The position numbers and the translations under genes are program-made. DNA of 64,000 nucleotides, taken from contig CBDATR010000010.1 of assembly GCA_965200155.1 (NCBI GenBank), forward strand, positions 32,001 through 96,000, in the 5' to 3' direction. Each line of letters opens with the position of its first letter. The first letter of the stretch is position 1. Shown in pieces: positions 52,836-63,038 of this stretch. The notes under the pieces are model-generated. The model was not told the DNA's origin and did no database searches. It saw nothing but the letters and a program-made list of their open reading frames with translations. The stretch is from Nitrosopumilaceae archaeon (GTDB taxonomy: Archaea; Thermoproteota; Nitrososphaeria; Nitrososphaerales; Nitrosopumilaceae).

Positions 52836-52860
52836 GTATGAGTTCACGTGTTTTGATCAT
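52836..52860 (+). mobile_element. Second parent-type TIR end
   Basis: GTATGAGTTCACGTGTTTTGATCAT, matching the 51242-51266 reverse complement. Confidence 0.75.
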
Positions 52861-53235
52861 ACAATGATATAGAAACCGCATTATGACTCGATGTTAGACC
52901 TTATGCGCAGAATCATTTGCCCAACATTACACGCTTAAACCAAGTTTATAGATACAAATGATTTGTCCAACACACACGTGTGTTAAACAGAAAAGGTCTA
53001 ATCTTGTAATATCTGGTATGCTAAAAGTAGAAGAACTCACCAAGGAGCAGTTAATAACAGAGTACAACCGGCTACGCACCGAGTCTGAGGCCGAAGTAAC
53101 AAACCTGCGTGGAAAAGTTGACAGTTTACGTGGAAAAAATGACAGCTTGTGTGGAAAAGTTGACAGCCTGCACGCCAAACTTGAAGCACACAATTCCCTT
53201 GTTTCAAATCTTGATGATGTCATAGAACGCAAGGA

Positions 53236-53327
53236 GTATGAGTTCACGTCTTCCGGAATCTTGTGCACAAATCACATTAACTGTCGCGATCAGTTGTGCG
53301 TAAATTTAGACACAGGTGAACTCATAC
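53236..53327 (+). mobile_element. MITE-A copy
   Basis: 92 bp, TSD CGCAAGGA. Confidence 0.97.
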
Positions 53328-53632
53328 CGCAAGGATTCGCTGACCGGATGCTCTCCGGAAGAGTTCACTTGGATACTGACCAGATTCAAGGAATATGTGG
53401 AATCTCTGGAAGGTGATGATACACGACGATTCCTAGAGATTGCAAATGATCGCGTACATGTTAACAAATTTCCAATTCGCCACCTGCTCTTAGTTACACT
53501 GATACACCTGCGCTGCAATACAAAACAGGAGCTGCTAGCAGCAATACTCAAGATAAATCAATCAAACATATGCAGATATATCCAGTTTACAAAGCGGGGT
53601 ATGATCAAGATACTTCCAACAGCAGATACAAT

Positions 53633-53724
53633 GTATGAGTTCACGTCTTCCGGAATCTTATGCATAAATCACATTAACTGTAGCGATCAGTTATGCGTAA
53701 ATTTAGACACAGGTGAACTCATAC
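53633..53724 (+). mobile_element. MITE-A copy
   Basis: 92 bp, TSD GATACAAT. Confidence 0.97.
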
Positions 53725-53761
53725 GATACAATTGCGGATGCGCTATCGCGGATCAAGTCAG

Positions 53762-55277
53762 TAGACCTTATGCGCATGATTGACAGGAATAGCCCATGTT
53801 GCTTCAAACTGGGGTGTATTTTATGGCACACAATCAGTCAAGCATGAACAATGTGAATGGCACCTGCCAGCACTAACGTATGCCGTGATTGCAAATGTCA
53901 TGTAGTGGGGTGACCGGATCTTGATGACGTATATCATGAGTGAGCTAAATGGTTACCACAAAACCCATTAATTTAGTGGATTTTCTGATGAGTAATATTC
54001 GAAGAAATTATGGACAGATATTTTTCAAGAATTTCTTGTACCTGGTATGCTTGTGCATAATGTGTAAATTATGCAACCCGGATACTACGAGTAGATCTTC
54101 CCGGAATTCCTCACGACTGCCATCATATACCTGACTTAATCTACGATATACCTTTAGCATTCGAATTACATTCTCGATTAATATGCGCCTTTTTGATACA
54201 TATTGGTTGTATTTCCTTTCAGTTTTAGTGAGTGATTCCCTACCCCTGTATGGAATTATGACCTTTGCGCCGGGTAGGAAGTCTTTCATACCCTGGTATC
54301 CTGCATCTGCTATTACTGTTATCTTCTCAGATGGCAGCGTGGTTGATTCTTTTAGGGACTTGCCCCATTTGCCTCCAAGGGGAATATCATTCTTGAATAT
54401 ACCATAATCGTGTCTTTTTCCCTCATATACTCCACTGACGTGAATTATCAGTCTTTTCTTGTTTGATGTTATCTGTACGTTATACGTGTGGGTTTTTTGT
54501 TTACCAGAGTACATTGCCTCCTGATTTTTTTCAGGACGTTGTACGCGTACATGTGTCCCGTCAGTCTTTATCTCCCCTCCGGCTCGGCCTGGAACAATTT
54601 CCTTAAAGTCCGATGCTGACTTGATTTGTGATATTGCTTTTGCAACGGTATCGGCCGTTGGGAGTATCTTGATCAGTCCCTGCTTTGTAAACTGGATGTA
54701 ACGACATATGTTTGACTGGTTTATCTTGAGTATTGCTGCCAGCAGCTCCTGCTTTGTATTGCAGCGCAGGCGTATCAGTGTAACTAAGAGTACATGCCTG
54801 ACCGGAAATTTGTTCACATGGCCGCGATCATTTGTAAGTTCTAAGAATCGCCGTGCATCATCGCCTTCCAGGGACTCTACGTATTCTGTGAATCTGATTA
54901 GTATCCATTTGAACTCTTCCGGGGTGCATCCGGTCAGGGAATGAAGCTGATCCTTGCGTTCTATGATGTCATCAAGATTTGAAACGAGGGCATTCTTTGT
55001 TTGAGCTTCAAGTTTGGCGTGCAGGCTGTCATTTTTTCCACGCAGGTTTGTTACTTCGGCCTCAGACTCGGTGCGTAGCCGGTTGTATTCTGTGACTAAC
55101 TGCTCCTTGGTGAGTTCTTCTACTTTTAGCATACCTGGTATTACAAAATTAGGTCTTAACTTTTCTGTTTCACACGAGTCTGTGTGGGAAAACCCATGAT
55201 ACTAGGTCGATTGTTCGTATCTAACAACTTGGTTTAGACGTGCAGGGTGGGAGAAGTGATTCTGCGCATACGGTCTA
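53762..55277 (-). mobile_element. Complete IS5-family (ISL2-group) insertion sequence
   Basis: TIRs TAGACC(T/G)TATGCGCA at both ends with an intact transposase. Confidence 0.92.
54008..55132 (-). CDS. DDE_Tnp_4-type transposase
   Basis: DGT..VQRP, YSGK, HD, ADAGYQG and RILIEN..LK motifs. Confidence 0.93.
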   Translation of the reverse strand: MLKVEELTKEQLVTEYNRLRTESEAEVTNLRGKNDSLHAKLEAQTKNALVSNLDDIIERKDQLHSLTGCTPEEFKWILIRFTEYVESLEGDDARRFLELTNDRGHVNKFPVRHVLLVTLIRLRCNTKQELLAAILKINQSNICRYIQFTKQGLIKILPTADTVAKAISQIKSASDFKEIVPGRAGGEIKTDGTHVRVQRPEKNQEAMYSGKQKTHTYNVQITSNKKRLIIHVSGVYEGKRHDYGIFKNDIPLGGKWGKSLKESTTLPSEKITVIADAGYQGMKDFLPGAKVIIPYRGRESLTKTERKYNQYVSKRRILIENVIRMLKVYRRLSQVYDGSREEFREDLLVVSGLHNLHIMHKHTRYKKFLKNICP

Positions 55278-55327
55278 TTGTATCGAGTAGTATAATTTAA
55301 GACACAAGTACATGTAATAAATTGTCA

Positions 55328-56395
55328 TCACACGGTAGTCCCGGTTGCCTCCCCCACCACCTTCCCATCAAAATCAAACATAATTACCGTCATGTCCAGG
55401 CGTGGTGATTTCGCGCCAAGGTGGCCCAGCGCAAGTTCACATATCCTATCAAAGAGTTTTGTTATACCATCTCTTTGCGCAATCTCCATCACATGTCTGG
55501 CAGTGTTGGCTCCCCGTATATCACGTATAGTGGAGTCTCCTGCACCACACTGGGATGCTGCCTCGGCCAAAAGTCCCATGTTCACCTTGGAGCCCTTGAC
55601 ATGCGTCTGGGACACACCAGCGGCCATCTTTGCCAGCTTGCCCACAAAGCCCACCACGTATACCTTGCGCATATTCTTTTTGTCGCATTGCTGTACCGTA
55701 TACCCCACAAAATCACCCATCTGAACAAAACAGTGATCAGGCAAGGATATCATATCATGGGCAAAAGTCTCGCTGCGCCCACCAGTGGTAAGCACAACCG
55801 TATAGTCACCGGCCGCGGCTGCCACATCTAAATTCTGTCGTATGGATGCCGCATACGACGCGGTAGAAAATGGTACCACTATACCGCTAGTTCCCAGGAT
55901 AGATATGCCGCCAACAATACCCAGTCGCGGATTGTCCGTCTTGTGGGCAAGATCCCGACCGGCAGGCACCGATACTGTGACTTGTAATCCCCCGGGTTCA
56001 CCATCGGCAGCCTCCCGAAGATTCTCCAAAATCATGCGCCTCGGCACAGGGTTTATGGCCGGTCCCCCCACCTTAAGGCCCAATCCAGGCTTGGTTACCA
56101 CCCCGACTCCGGGTCCACCCTCTATGCTAATGCCATTACCAGATGTGCGCGACAGATTCACCACTATACTCGCCCCATGAGTCACGTCCGGATCATCGCC
56201 CCCGTCTTTTATGACACAGGACTCCACCCCATCACTCAATTTTATGCAGGATTCAATGGGTATGGTAATGTGGCTCCCCTTCGGTAATAGTACTGGCACC
56301 GATTCCACGTGTTCCCCATTCATGAGAAGAAAGGCGGCACGGGCTCCCGCGGCGGCGCATGTTCCAGTAGTATAACCAGTGCGAAGACTCACCAC
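55328..56395 (-). CDS. cbiD: Cobalt-precorrin-5B C1-methyltransferase
   Basis: LRTGYTTGTCA, KDGGDDPDVTHG and NPRLGIVGGISILGT motifs. Confidence 0.97.
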   Translation of the reverse strand: MVSLRTGYTTGTCAAAGARAAFLLMNGEHVESVPVLLPKGSHITIPIESCIKLSDGVESCVIKDGGDDPDVTHGASIVVNLSRTSGNGISIEGGPGVGVVTKPGLGLKVGGPAINPVPRRMILENLREAADGEPGGLQVTVSVPAGRDLAHKTDNPRLGIVGGISILGTSGIVVPFSTASYAASIRQNLDVAAAAGDYTVVLTTGGRSETFAHDMISLPDHCFVQMGDFVGYTVQQCDKKNMRKVYVVGFVGKLAKMAAGVSQTHVKGSKVNMGLLAEAASQCGAGDSTIRDIRGANTARHVMEIAQRDGITKLFDRICELALGHLGAKSPRLDMTVIMFDFDGKVVGEATGTTV

Positions 56396-56445
56396 TCTAT
56401 TACCACACGCGTAATTTTTAATCCTTCCAGCGCGACACAGACACC

Positions 56446-57291
56446 ATGACCAACGTACTGGTGACTGGCGCGGGAGGTTTTGTGGCCAGACACGTACGCC
56501 GACATCTTACAGAGCGGGGCTTTAATTTGGTTGCCGCATCAAGACGACCCATCCCCCCCTTCAAGAACGAGGCCACAATACGCACCATTCTATATGATGA
56601 GGAGTCATTTCCGGAACGCGTACAAAACTTTGATGCGGTTCTGCATCTTGTCGGTAACGGTAAGCAGACGGCCCAGAATTCATACCACTCATCAAATGTA
56701 CAGACAACCAATAAAATAATACGAATATGCCAAACGGCAAACATAAAACGCATCATATACATGAGCGGCCTGGGGGTTTCACCGGACTCCACCCTTGGCT
56801 ATTTCATATCAAAGTACAATGCGGAGCAGGCCATCATAAACTCGGGCATAGAATATACCATATTTCGCCCATCATACATAATAGGTCCCGATGACTTACT
56901 AACCCGCAACCTGCAAAAACAGATTCTGTCCGGCCGCATCACCATACCGGGATCCGGCAAATACAGGATGCAGCCGGTATCCATTAAAGATGTCATTAAG
57001 GTACTGGAGATGGCAGTATTAGGAGAGCTGCCAAACCGCACACTGGACTTGGTGGGTCCGAGAACCATCTCCTTTCTGGAGTACATCAGGGCACTTGCAG
57101 GGCCCGGCACCACCATATCCCACACGGACATCGAGGCCGCATACAGGCAGGCAATCACAGATACTAACCCTGCCTATGAAGTAGACGATCTCTGCATAAT
57201 GATAGCTGGATTTACGGGAAACCACACTGACATACATCAGGCAACGGGAATAGAATTCTCCGATTTCTTAAAGACCGGCATCTGCCCGTAG
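56446..57291 (+). CDS. NAD-dependent epimerase/dehydratase (SDR)
   Basis: [14 protein letters not shown] and FRPS motifs. Confidence 0.9.
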   Translation: MTNVLVTGAGGFVARHVRRHLTERGFNLVAASRRPIPPFKNEATIRTILYDEESFPERVQNFDAVLHLVGNGKQTAQNSYHSSNVQTTNKIIRICQTANIKRIIYMSGLGVSPDSTLGYFISKYNAEQAIINSGIEYTIFRPSYIIGPDDLLTRNLQKQILSGRITIPGSGKYRMQPVSIKDVIKVLEMAVLGELPNRTLDLVGPRTISFLEYIRALAGPGTTISHTDIEAAYRQAITDTNPAYEVDDLCIMIAGFTGNHTDIHQATGIEFSDFLKTGICP

Positions 57292-58437
57292 ATTTGCAAC
57301 CCTGTCGGTCTTTTCCCAGGTAAAATCATCATCCTGGCGCCCAAAGTGGCCATAAGTGGAGGTTTTTTGATATATTGGCCGTTTGAGATTCAGCTGCTCA
57401 ATTATTCCGGCCGGTGTCAAGTCAAAGTTCTTTTGCACTATATCCTGTATGGCATCATCAGGGATACGGCCGGTACCAAATGTCTGCACCAAGAGAGACA
57501 CAGGCTCGCTCATCCCTATGGCGTAAGCCACCTGAACCTCACACCTGTCCGCAAGGCCCGCGGCTACAACATTCTTGGCTACATACCTGCACATGTAACA
57601 GGCAGATCTGTCCACTTTTGATGGATCCTTGCCGGAGAATGCGCCGCCGCCGTGCCGGGCCATTCCACCATAGGTATCCACAATTATCTTGCGCCCCGTA
57701 ACACCGGCATCGCCATGGGGACCACCTATAACAAAACGGCCCGTAGGATTGATGTGTATTTTTATGCCGTCATGCCACAATTTATCCAGGACCGGTTTTA
57801 TCACTATATCCGTTATAGTGGAACGTATGGTATCCTGAGAGACTGCCGAGTCATGCTGTGTTGAAACCACGACAGTTTCCACATTCACAGGTTTGCCATT
57901 CTCGTACGTAACGGATACCTGAGACTTGCCATCTGGTCGAATCCACGGTATGGAACCATTCCTGCGCATATCCGCAAGGCGCCTTGTTATTTTGTGTGCA
58001 AGATATATGGGCAGGGGCATAAGATCCAAAGTCTCGTTAGTAGCATACCCGAACATAAGCCCCTGATCCCCGGCACCCTGTTCCCGCTCAGCAGTGGAGG
58101 TGACACCCTGACCAATATCCGGACTTTGCGGATGCAGACGCAGAATAATCTCACACGAATCGGCGGCAAACTTTAGTGAATCATCATCATATCCTATATG
58201 GCGTATTATGCGACGCACCAATTCCACCTGATCCTCGTGATCCAGTTTTGCCCTTGTGGTTACCTCTCCGGCAACCATGACCGACCCAGTAGCTACCAAG
58301 GTCTCCACAGCCACACGGGAATCCGGATCCTGACTCAAATACGCGTCCACAAACGCGTCAGATATCTGATCACACACCTTGTCAGGGTGGCCTTCAGTTA
58401 CTGATTCGGAAGTAAACAGAAATCGGTTAGAGCTCAT
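57268..58437 (-). CDS. metK: S-adenosylmethionine synthetase (bacterial type)
   Basis: [19 protein letters not shown] and GGGAFSGKD motifs. Confidence 0.97.
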   Translation of the reverse strand: MSSNRFLFTSESVTEGHPDKVCDQISDAFVDAYLSQDPDSRVAVETLVATGSVMVAGEVTTRAKLDHEDQVELVRRIIRHIGYDDDSLKFAADSCEIILRLHPQSPDIGQGVTSTAEREQGAGDQGLMFGYATNETLDLMPLPIYLAHKITRRLADMRRNGSIPWIRPDGKSQVSVTYENGKPVNVETVVVSTQHDSAVSQDTIRSTITDIVIKPVLDKLWHDGIKIHINPTGRFVIGGPHGDAGVTGRKIIVDTYGGMARHGGGAFSGKDPSKVDRSACYMCRYVAKNVVAAGLADRCEVQVAYAIGMSEPVSLLVQTFGTGRIPDDAIQDIVQKNFDLTPAGIIEQLNLKRPIYQKTSTYGHFGRQDDDFTWEKTDRVANLRADAGL

Positions 58438-58669
58438 TTTCCAGTTTTATGAACAATACATTATTACCTCGCACTATAACCCTGCCATACTTTCCCACCA
58501 TCTTACTGGCCTGTATTTCCTCGGCATCGGTCATGATTAAATTCATGTAAGAGTCCACATTATTCATCTTGCCCTTGTATTCCACCTCATTCTTCAACCT
58601 CACGGTAACCATTTTTTTGGTATTCTTTTGTAGTGCCGACAATGGCCGCTGTATGTTCACGTGTGACAT
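58427..58669 (-). CDS. Sm/Lsm RNA-binding protein
   Basis: VRLK..YKG..D.YMNL, VRGNNV. Confidence 0.93.
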   Translation of the reverse strand: MSHVNIQRPLSALQKNTKKMVTVRLKNEVEYKGKMNNVDSYMNLIMTDAEEIQASKMVGKYGRVIVRGNNVLFIKLENEL

Positions 58670-58720
58670 ATCACTGATTTAACGTCAAAATATAGGCTCA
58701 TAAAAAGCCTTCCTTTCCAC

Positions 58721-59900
58721 TACTTTGTTGCATAACTCCAAACAAGTTAGATTAAAAACGTATGTGAGAAACGGTTTGAGTATTTTTGTTTATTCTGTCA
58801 TAGTGATTACTAACTTGGATCCAAGCATTAACATCTGAGACTTTTTAAACAAACTTGATGGTATTCACCTACAATGCCAAGTACGTCCAGCGGAAGGCTA
58901 TTTGGCTTTGATCATGCGTGGAATTGAAAAGTCCAACCATAACAAGGAGAGTGCTCCCTACCGGTATGTCGTGGACATGTTACATGACACTGAGAACGGC
59001 ATTAGGTATGAGATACAGGCAGGTATCCGGATTCCTTGCAGGACTACTAGAAGGGCATCAAACCCCGTACTACACTACAGACGCGGAAAAGATCTTGACA
59101 TTAACAAGGGGAATGGCATGATTGTCGGCACAGACAAAAAGCTGACGAGGGCCAATGATTGTGGACTCGACCGGCCTTGAATCGTGGTGAGTGGATTAGG
59201 GCCAAATGGAAAAAGAGACGCGGATTCATCAGTGCTCGCGGACTGGGAGAACATATGCATTTACGGTTACCGGCGAGTGGGTTGGGGATACGCGCATGTT
59301 AAACAATGCAGTACTGGGCTCGTATGCAGAAGAGCCACAACTGGACAGGAAGCACACCCTGGAATTGGAAAGTTCCGGACCCATTGCAACAGTTGCCATC
59401 TCTGGCAGGACCAACAGATAAGCCACCACCCGGAAACGCGCTGACTAACGGTGTGTCCCCCTTACCGAATAATGATGAGAAGCGCGCATTTAATCTGGAA
59501 TTACTTGCGGATGGCGCATACGCGTCCAGGGGTAACATGAAATTGTGCAGTGATAATCGAATCCGGACAACCATTCCACTTCATCTAAATTCCACCAAAG
59601 GAAAGGCGACTCATGTGGACTTGCAGTCTTGGAGGAAGCCCGGAATCGCCCATTTTCCACCTTTCTGATGAGGAAAAGGCCAAAAACAAGCAGTACTTGA
59701 AGGCGGCAAAAGGATACAACAGGCGATGGATAATCTAGATAATCATAGAGCTGGTTCCCGTTCAAACGATTATTCGGACACGGATTAATGGCACGGAAAT
59801 GGGATAACATACGAGTACAACGAGTAGGTGGACGCGGTAGCAACGTAGATTACGACATGGGGAACCTGTATTCTGTCAGAGTCAGTTATGCAACAAACTC
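58721..59900 (+). mobile_element. Degenerate IS903-group-like element, copy 2
   Basis: TIRs TACTTTGTTGCATAACT / AGTTATGCAACAAACTC; flanking direct repeat CTTTCCAC (up to 11 bp, TCCTTTCCACT). Confidence 0.88.
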
Positions 59901-60021
59901 CTTTCCACTTTAATTTTAAAGAACTGGCCCGGCAGACCCAAATTTGACAAAGACCTGCACGCAACTGAGTCCAGAAATAAACCTTGGATACAATTAAAAA
60001 CTAGTAAAAAATACTTTTTAC

Positions 60022-60399
60022 ATGGATAAAAATCAGTGGAAGAGTATCTGTGACACCATAACTGGATTTAGTGCGCACATTCGCTTTGCGGGTGTCATAG
60101 GGGAGAGAGGCGAACTACTGGCATATGCCAGAAGGGATAACCTAAGTGCGCTTTTGGATTCCAAGAGTTCACATTACCAATTCTCACACATAGCCATGAA
60201 GACGGATCTGGAGGCTTTCTTTGATGAGAATCTGGGCAAGATTGAATTTGTGTGGGAAGAGCGCGAAAAGGTACAGATAATATCCTTTGCCATTGACAAG
60301 TTGCGCATTTGGATATCAATAGATCGCATGGTGGTACGATCCGAGGTACTCAGAATAATAGACTCGTGTCTGCCCATAGCACAAAGATACTCAAATTAG
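60022..60399 (+). CDS. Roadblock-like hypothetical protein (IRFAGVI family)
   Basis: IC..I....HIRFAGVI..GEL..LGKIEF pattern. Confidence 0.75.
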   Translation: MDKNQWKSICDTITGFSAHIRFAGVIGERGELLAYARRDNLSALLDSKSSHYQFSHIAMKTDLEAFFDENLGKIEFVWEEREKVQIISFAIDKLRIWISIDRMVVRSEVLRIIDSCLPIAQRYSN

Positions 60400-60403
60400 A
60401 TAC

Positions 60404-61342
60404 CTACTCGTACAGCCAACATTTTACATAACCGCCCGGTCCGGAGAGATCCGGCGGATCCTTGTTACACTTTTCCATGGCATCAGGACACCTAGCCATA
60501 AAACGACAACTGGTAGGCGGGGCAGTCAGGGCGGGCGGGGTCCCGGATATATACGAGGGCTTGGTTCCCCGCAACCGAGGTATTGATGCCAGGAGACCCT
60601 GAGTGTACGGGTGTTGGGGGCTTGTGTAAATGTCATGAGCGGATCCAAACTCCACAAGCTGCCCTGCATACATTATACCCACCTTGTCTGCTATCTCAGA
60701 GAGTAGTGCCAAATCATGAGTTATGAACAGAAATGACGTACCAGATACCTTCATTCGCTTTAGCATATTCATGATTCTGGCCTGCACCAAAACATCCAGC
60801 GCGGTGGTTGGCTCATCGGCTATTACCAAGTCCGGTTTCAGTAACAAAGCCATAGATATAATCACCCTCTGCTTCATTCCCCCACTTAGCTCATGGGGAT
60901 AGCGGCGGAGAACCGAGGAGTCCAGGTTCACAGACTCCACTGCATGTGCAATTACGTCATCCAAATTCCCTTCAACAGAGTGCTGACGAAGCACTTCCAG
61001 GAATTGTTCCCTTACTGTATATACTGGATCAAGGGAGCTCATGGCGCCCTGAAATATCATGGAAATTCTCTTCCAGCGATATATGGCATCAAAATCCTGA
61101 TCAGAGATGCCAGCCAGCAATGTGTCTCCAAAGTGTATGGAACCGTTGCTGATTTTGCCACCGGAAAGCATACGCATAATGGCCAAGCCCAATGTGCTCT
61201 TACCGCATGCGCTCTCCCCCACGATACCCACCGTCTCGCCTGGATTAATGTCAAAGCTGACATGGTCTACCGCGTATGCCGGGCCGGAATTAGCATGATA
61301 CGTTACCGACATGTCACGCAATGATAGCAGGCTCATACTCAT
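60404..61342 (-). CDS. Oligopeptide ABC transporter ATPase (OppD/DppD-like)
   Basis: GESACGKS, YPHELSGG, ADEPT and HPYT motifs. Confidence 0.93.
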   Translation of the reverse strand: MSMSLLSLRDMSVTYHANSGPAYAVDHVSFDINPGETVGIVGESACGKSTLGLAIMRMLSGGKISNGSIHFGDTLLAGISDQDFDAIYRWKRISMIFQGAMSSLDPVYTVREQFLEVLRQHSVEGNLDDVIAHAVESVNLDSSVLRRYPHELSGGMKQRVIISMALLLKPDLVIADEPTTALDVLVQARIMNMLKRMKVSGTSFLFITHDLALLSEIADKVGIMYAGQLVEFGSAHDIYTSPQHPYTQGLLASIPRLRGTKPSYISGTPPALTAPPTSCRFMARCPDAMEKCNKDPPDLSGPGGYVKCWLYE

Positions 61343-61367
61343 GGTTTGTGATAAGCATAATTTCTTT

Positions 61368-62084
61368 TTATGCCAATGGGGGCAGTGTCTTTTTCATATA
61401 GCGATCCCATAGCACGCCCAGAACAAATCCCTGTATAACCCAGTAAATGGTCATACTGATGGCGCTAGTTGCAAGAAAGCCCGCCATGTCAGGCATCTGG
61501 GAGGGCTCATCAGGACTGGCAGGCATTAGTACCATTGTGACTACAAACACGGCTCCAAGACCAGCCAGTATAACGCCCAACCGGCGTGGAGCCGCACTAT
61601 ACGCATGAAGTGACAACAGACCTGCAACTCCCAGTATTGCCACAAGAGATAGCATTAGAATAGTGCGTAACACCAGCGTCTCCGGATCCCCCGATGCGGG
61701 AGGGTTGGGAGGATATTTTATGAATGGTGCCAGATACATTACGACCCAAGCACCACCGGCCAGAATCATGCTCTTTTGTATGGCACTACGGCCGGGTAGT
61801 TTCTTACGAAACAGTACAAAGACCGCACAGAATAGTGCACCAAAGGCCACTCCCATAATCAGGCTTCCCAGAATCATGCCGCTCTTTTGCCACATGCGGT
61901 ACTCATTGTAATCGGCGCGGAACTGCGCGGTATCCTGTTCCTCACCGGATGCAAAGAGACTCTGATTCTCTATCTCGATGGCCTGATCTAGGTACGGTTC
62001 TACCAAAATTAGTACAGATGCCCCATATATCAGACCAGATACGGCGCCACATGCTAATGCCAGCAATATTAGAGATGTGTTCAT
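61368..62084 (-). CDS. cbtA: Cobalt transporter CbtA-like
   Basis: EPYLDQAI, PFIKYPPNPP..G motifs; five transmembrane segments. Confidence 0.85.
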   Translation of the reverse strand: MNTSLILLALACGAVSGLIYGASVLILVEPYLDQAIEIENQSLFASGEEQDTAQFRADYNEYRMWQKSGMILGSLIMGVAFGALFCAVFVLFRKKLPGRSAIQKSMILAGGAWVVMYLAPFIKYPPNPPASGDPETLVLRTILMLSLVAILGVAGLLSLHAYSAAPRRLGVILAGLGAVFVVTMVLMPASPDEPSQMPDMAGFLATSAISMTIYWVIQGFVLGVLWDRYMKKTLPPLA

Positions 62085-62096
62085 GAACTCACCACA

Positions 62097-62309
62097 CTAA
62101 TGACATGGAAAGCCCGCGGCGTGTCTCATGTCATGGGTGAGCTCATGCAGGAACATGGGGTCCAATCCGCTACCATGGGCCAGATTTGCTATATGCCCCT
62201 GTTCAAAACCTACCACAAATACGCCTGTAACGAACACAGCTATCAGTACTACCATCTCGTACAGCCTAGGATGCTGTGGCCGTGCACTGCGAGTTACTGA
62301 TTCTGACAT
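62097..62309 (-). CDS. cbtB: Cobalt transporter CbtB-like
   Basis: HELTHDMRHAAGFPCH C-terminus. Confidence 0.9.
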   Translation of the reverse strand: MSESVTRSARPQHPRLYEMVVLIAVFVTGVFVVGFEQGHIANLAHGSGLDPMFLHELTHDMRHAAGFPCH

Positions 62310-62498
62310 TGTAACTAGAAAATTATGTGGTTATTTAAGGATTGATTTACGTCATCTGTCTGGATGTTTGGTGTCTAAAATCAACGAATCTATGCCATAC
62401 TCAGGCCCGGAGCCCACCATTTCACCGTGCAGACACATACTCATACCAGCAAAATTCCCCACAAACAGTTATACCACATATGGCAATACCATGACTAG

Positions 62499-62572
62499 GC
62501 AGTCGTAGTATAGTTTGGTTATTATGCGAGCTTGCCAAGTTCGCGGCCCGGGTTCGAATCCCGGCGACTGCA
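62499..62572 (+). tRNA. tRNA-Gly(GCC)
   Basis: GCAGTCG..CGAGC TTGCCAA GTTCG..GGTTCGAATCC..CGACTGCA. Confidence 0.95.
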
Positions 62573-62573
62573 T

Positions 62574-63038
62574 CTATTGAAGTAATCCGCGCTCTATCAT
62601 GTCCAGCGCATCATGGACACTCTGAGGTCGGGGTAGCTGTATGGCAAATATACGGGAGCTGCCCTTGCTACCAAAGGCTAGCATTGTACTTTTTGCCATT
62701 TGCTTAAAGAACTCGAGGTGTAACCTGGCATCTATCAGTACACTCTCCCTACCACCGGCTAGATGCGCGGAGACATCCACAAAGACATGGCCCAGCCCGT
62801 CCTGCATTATGTTGAGATCCGTGTTAATGGCCATGGCACGACGCCCTTCGGTCGCCCGAATGTTGGGCGCAACTGCTCTATTGAATCGCTCATCATCCAG
62901 TATTATTACAGGAACCGTTGTACCCCCCATATCCATGCTGCCCAGATCATCATGTGAGCGGGCTTCCAGATCCTCCAAGGTGGGCGCGGGTGGAGCAGCG
63001 TCGGGCTTGCGCCGGTTAAGCCAGTTAATCATCATCAC
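62574..63038 (-). CDS. Hypothetical protein
   Basis: 154-aa ORF overlapping the antiporter stop. Confidence 0.7.
   Translation of the reverse strand: MMMINWLNRRKPDAAPPAPTLEDLEARSHDDLGSMDMGGTTVPVIILDDERFNRAVAPNIRATEGRRAMAINTDLNIMQDGLGHVFVDVSAHLAGGRESVLIDARLHLEFFKQMAKSTMLAFGSKGSSRIFAIQLPRPQSVHDALDMIERGLLQ

Larger units (their letters stand above)
52895..53761 (+). mobile_element. Truncated IS5 (ISL2) copy hit by two MITE-A and by the intact IS5
   Basis: TIR TAGACCTTATGCGCAG; transposase N-half is a diverged paralog of 54008-55132. Confidence 0.9.

Noticed and set aside
57268-58437. Bacterial-type metK in an archaeon as a recent transfer
   Set aside because: This is known for this lineage, and composition matches neighbouring genes.
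62310-62490. Cobalamin riboswitch upstream of cbtBA
   Set aside because: No recognisable B12-box or conserved core on the minus strand.
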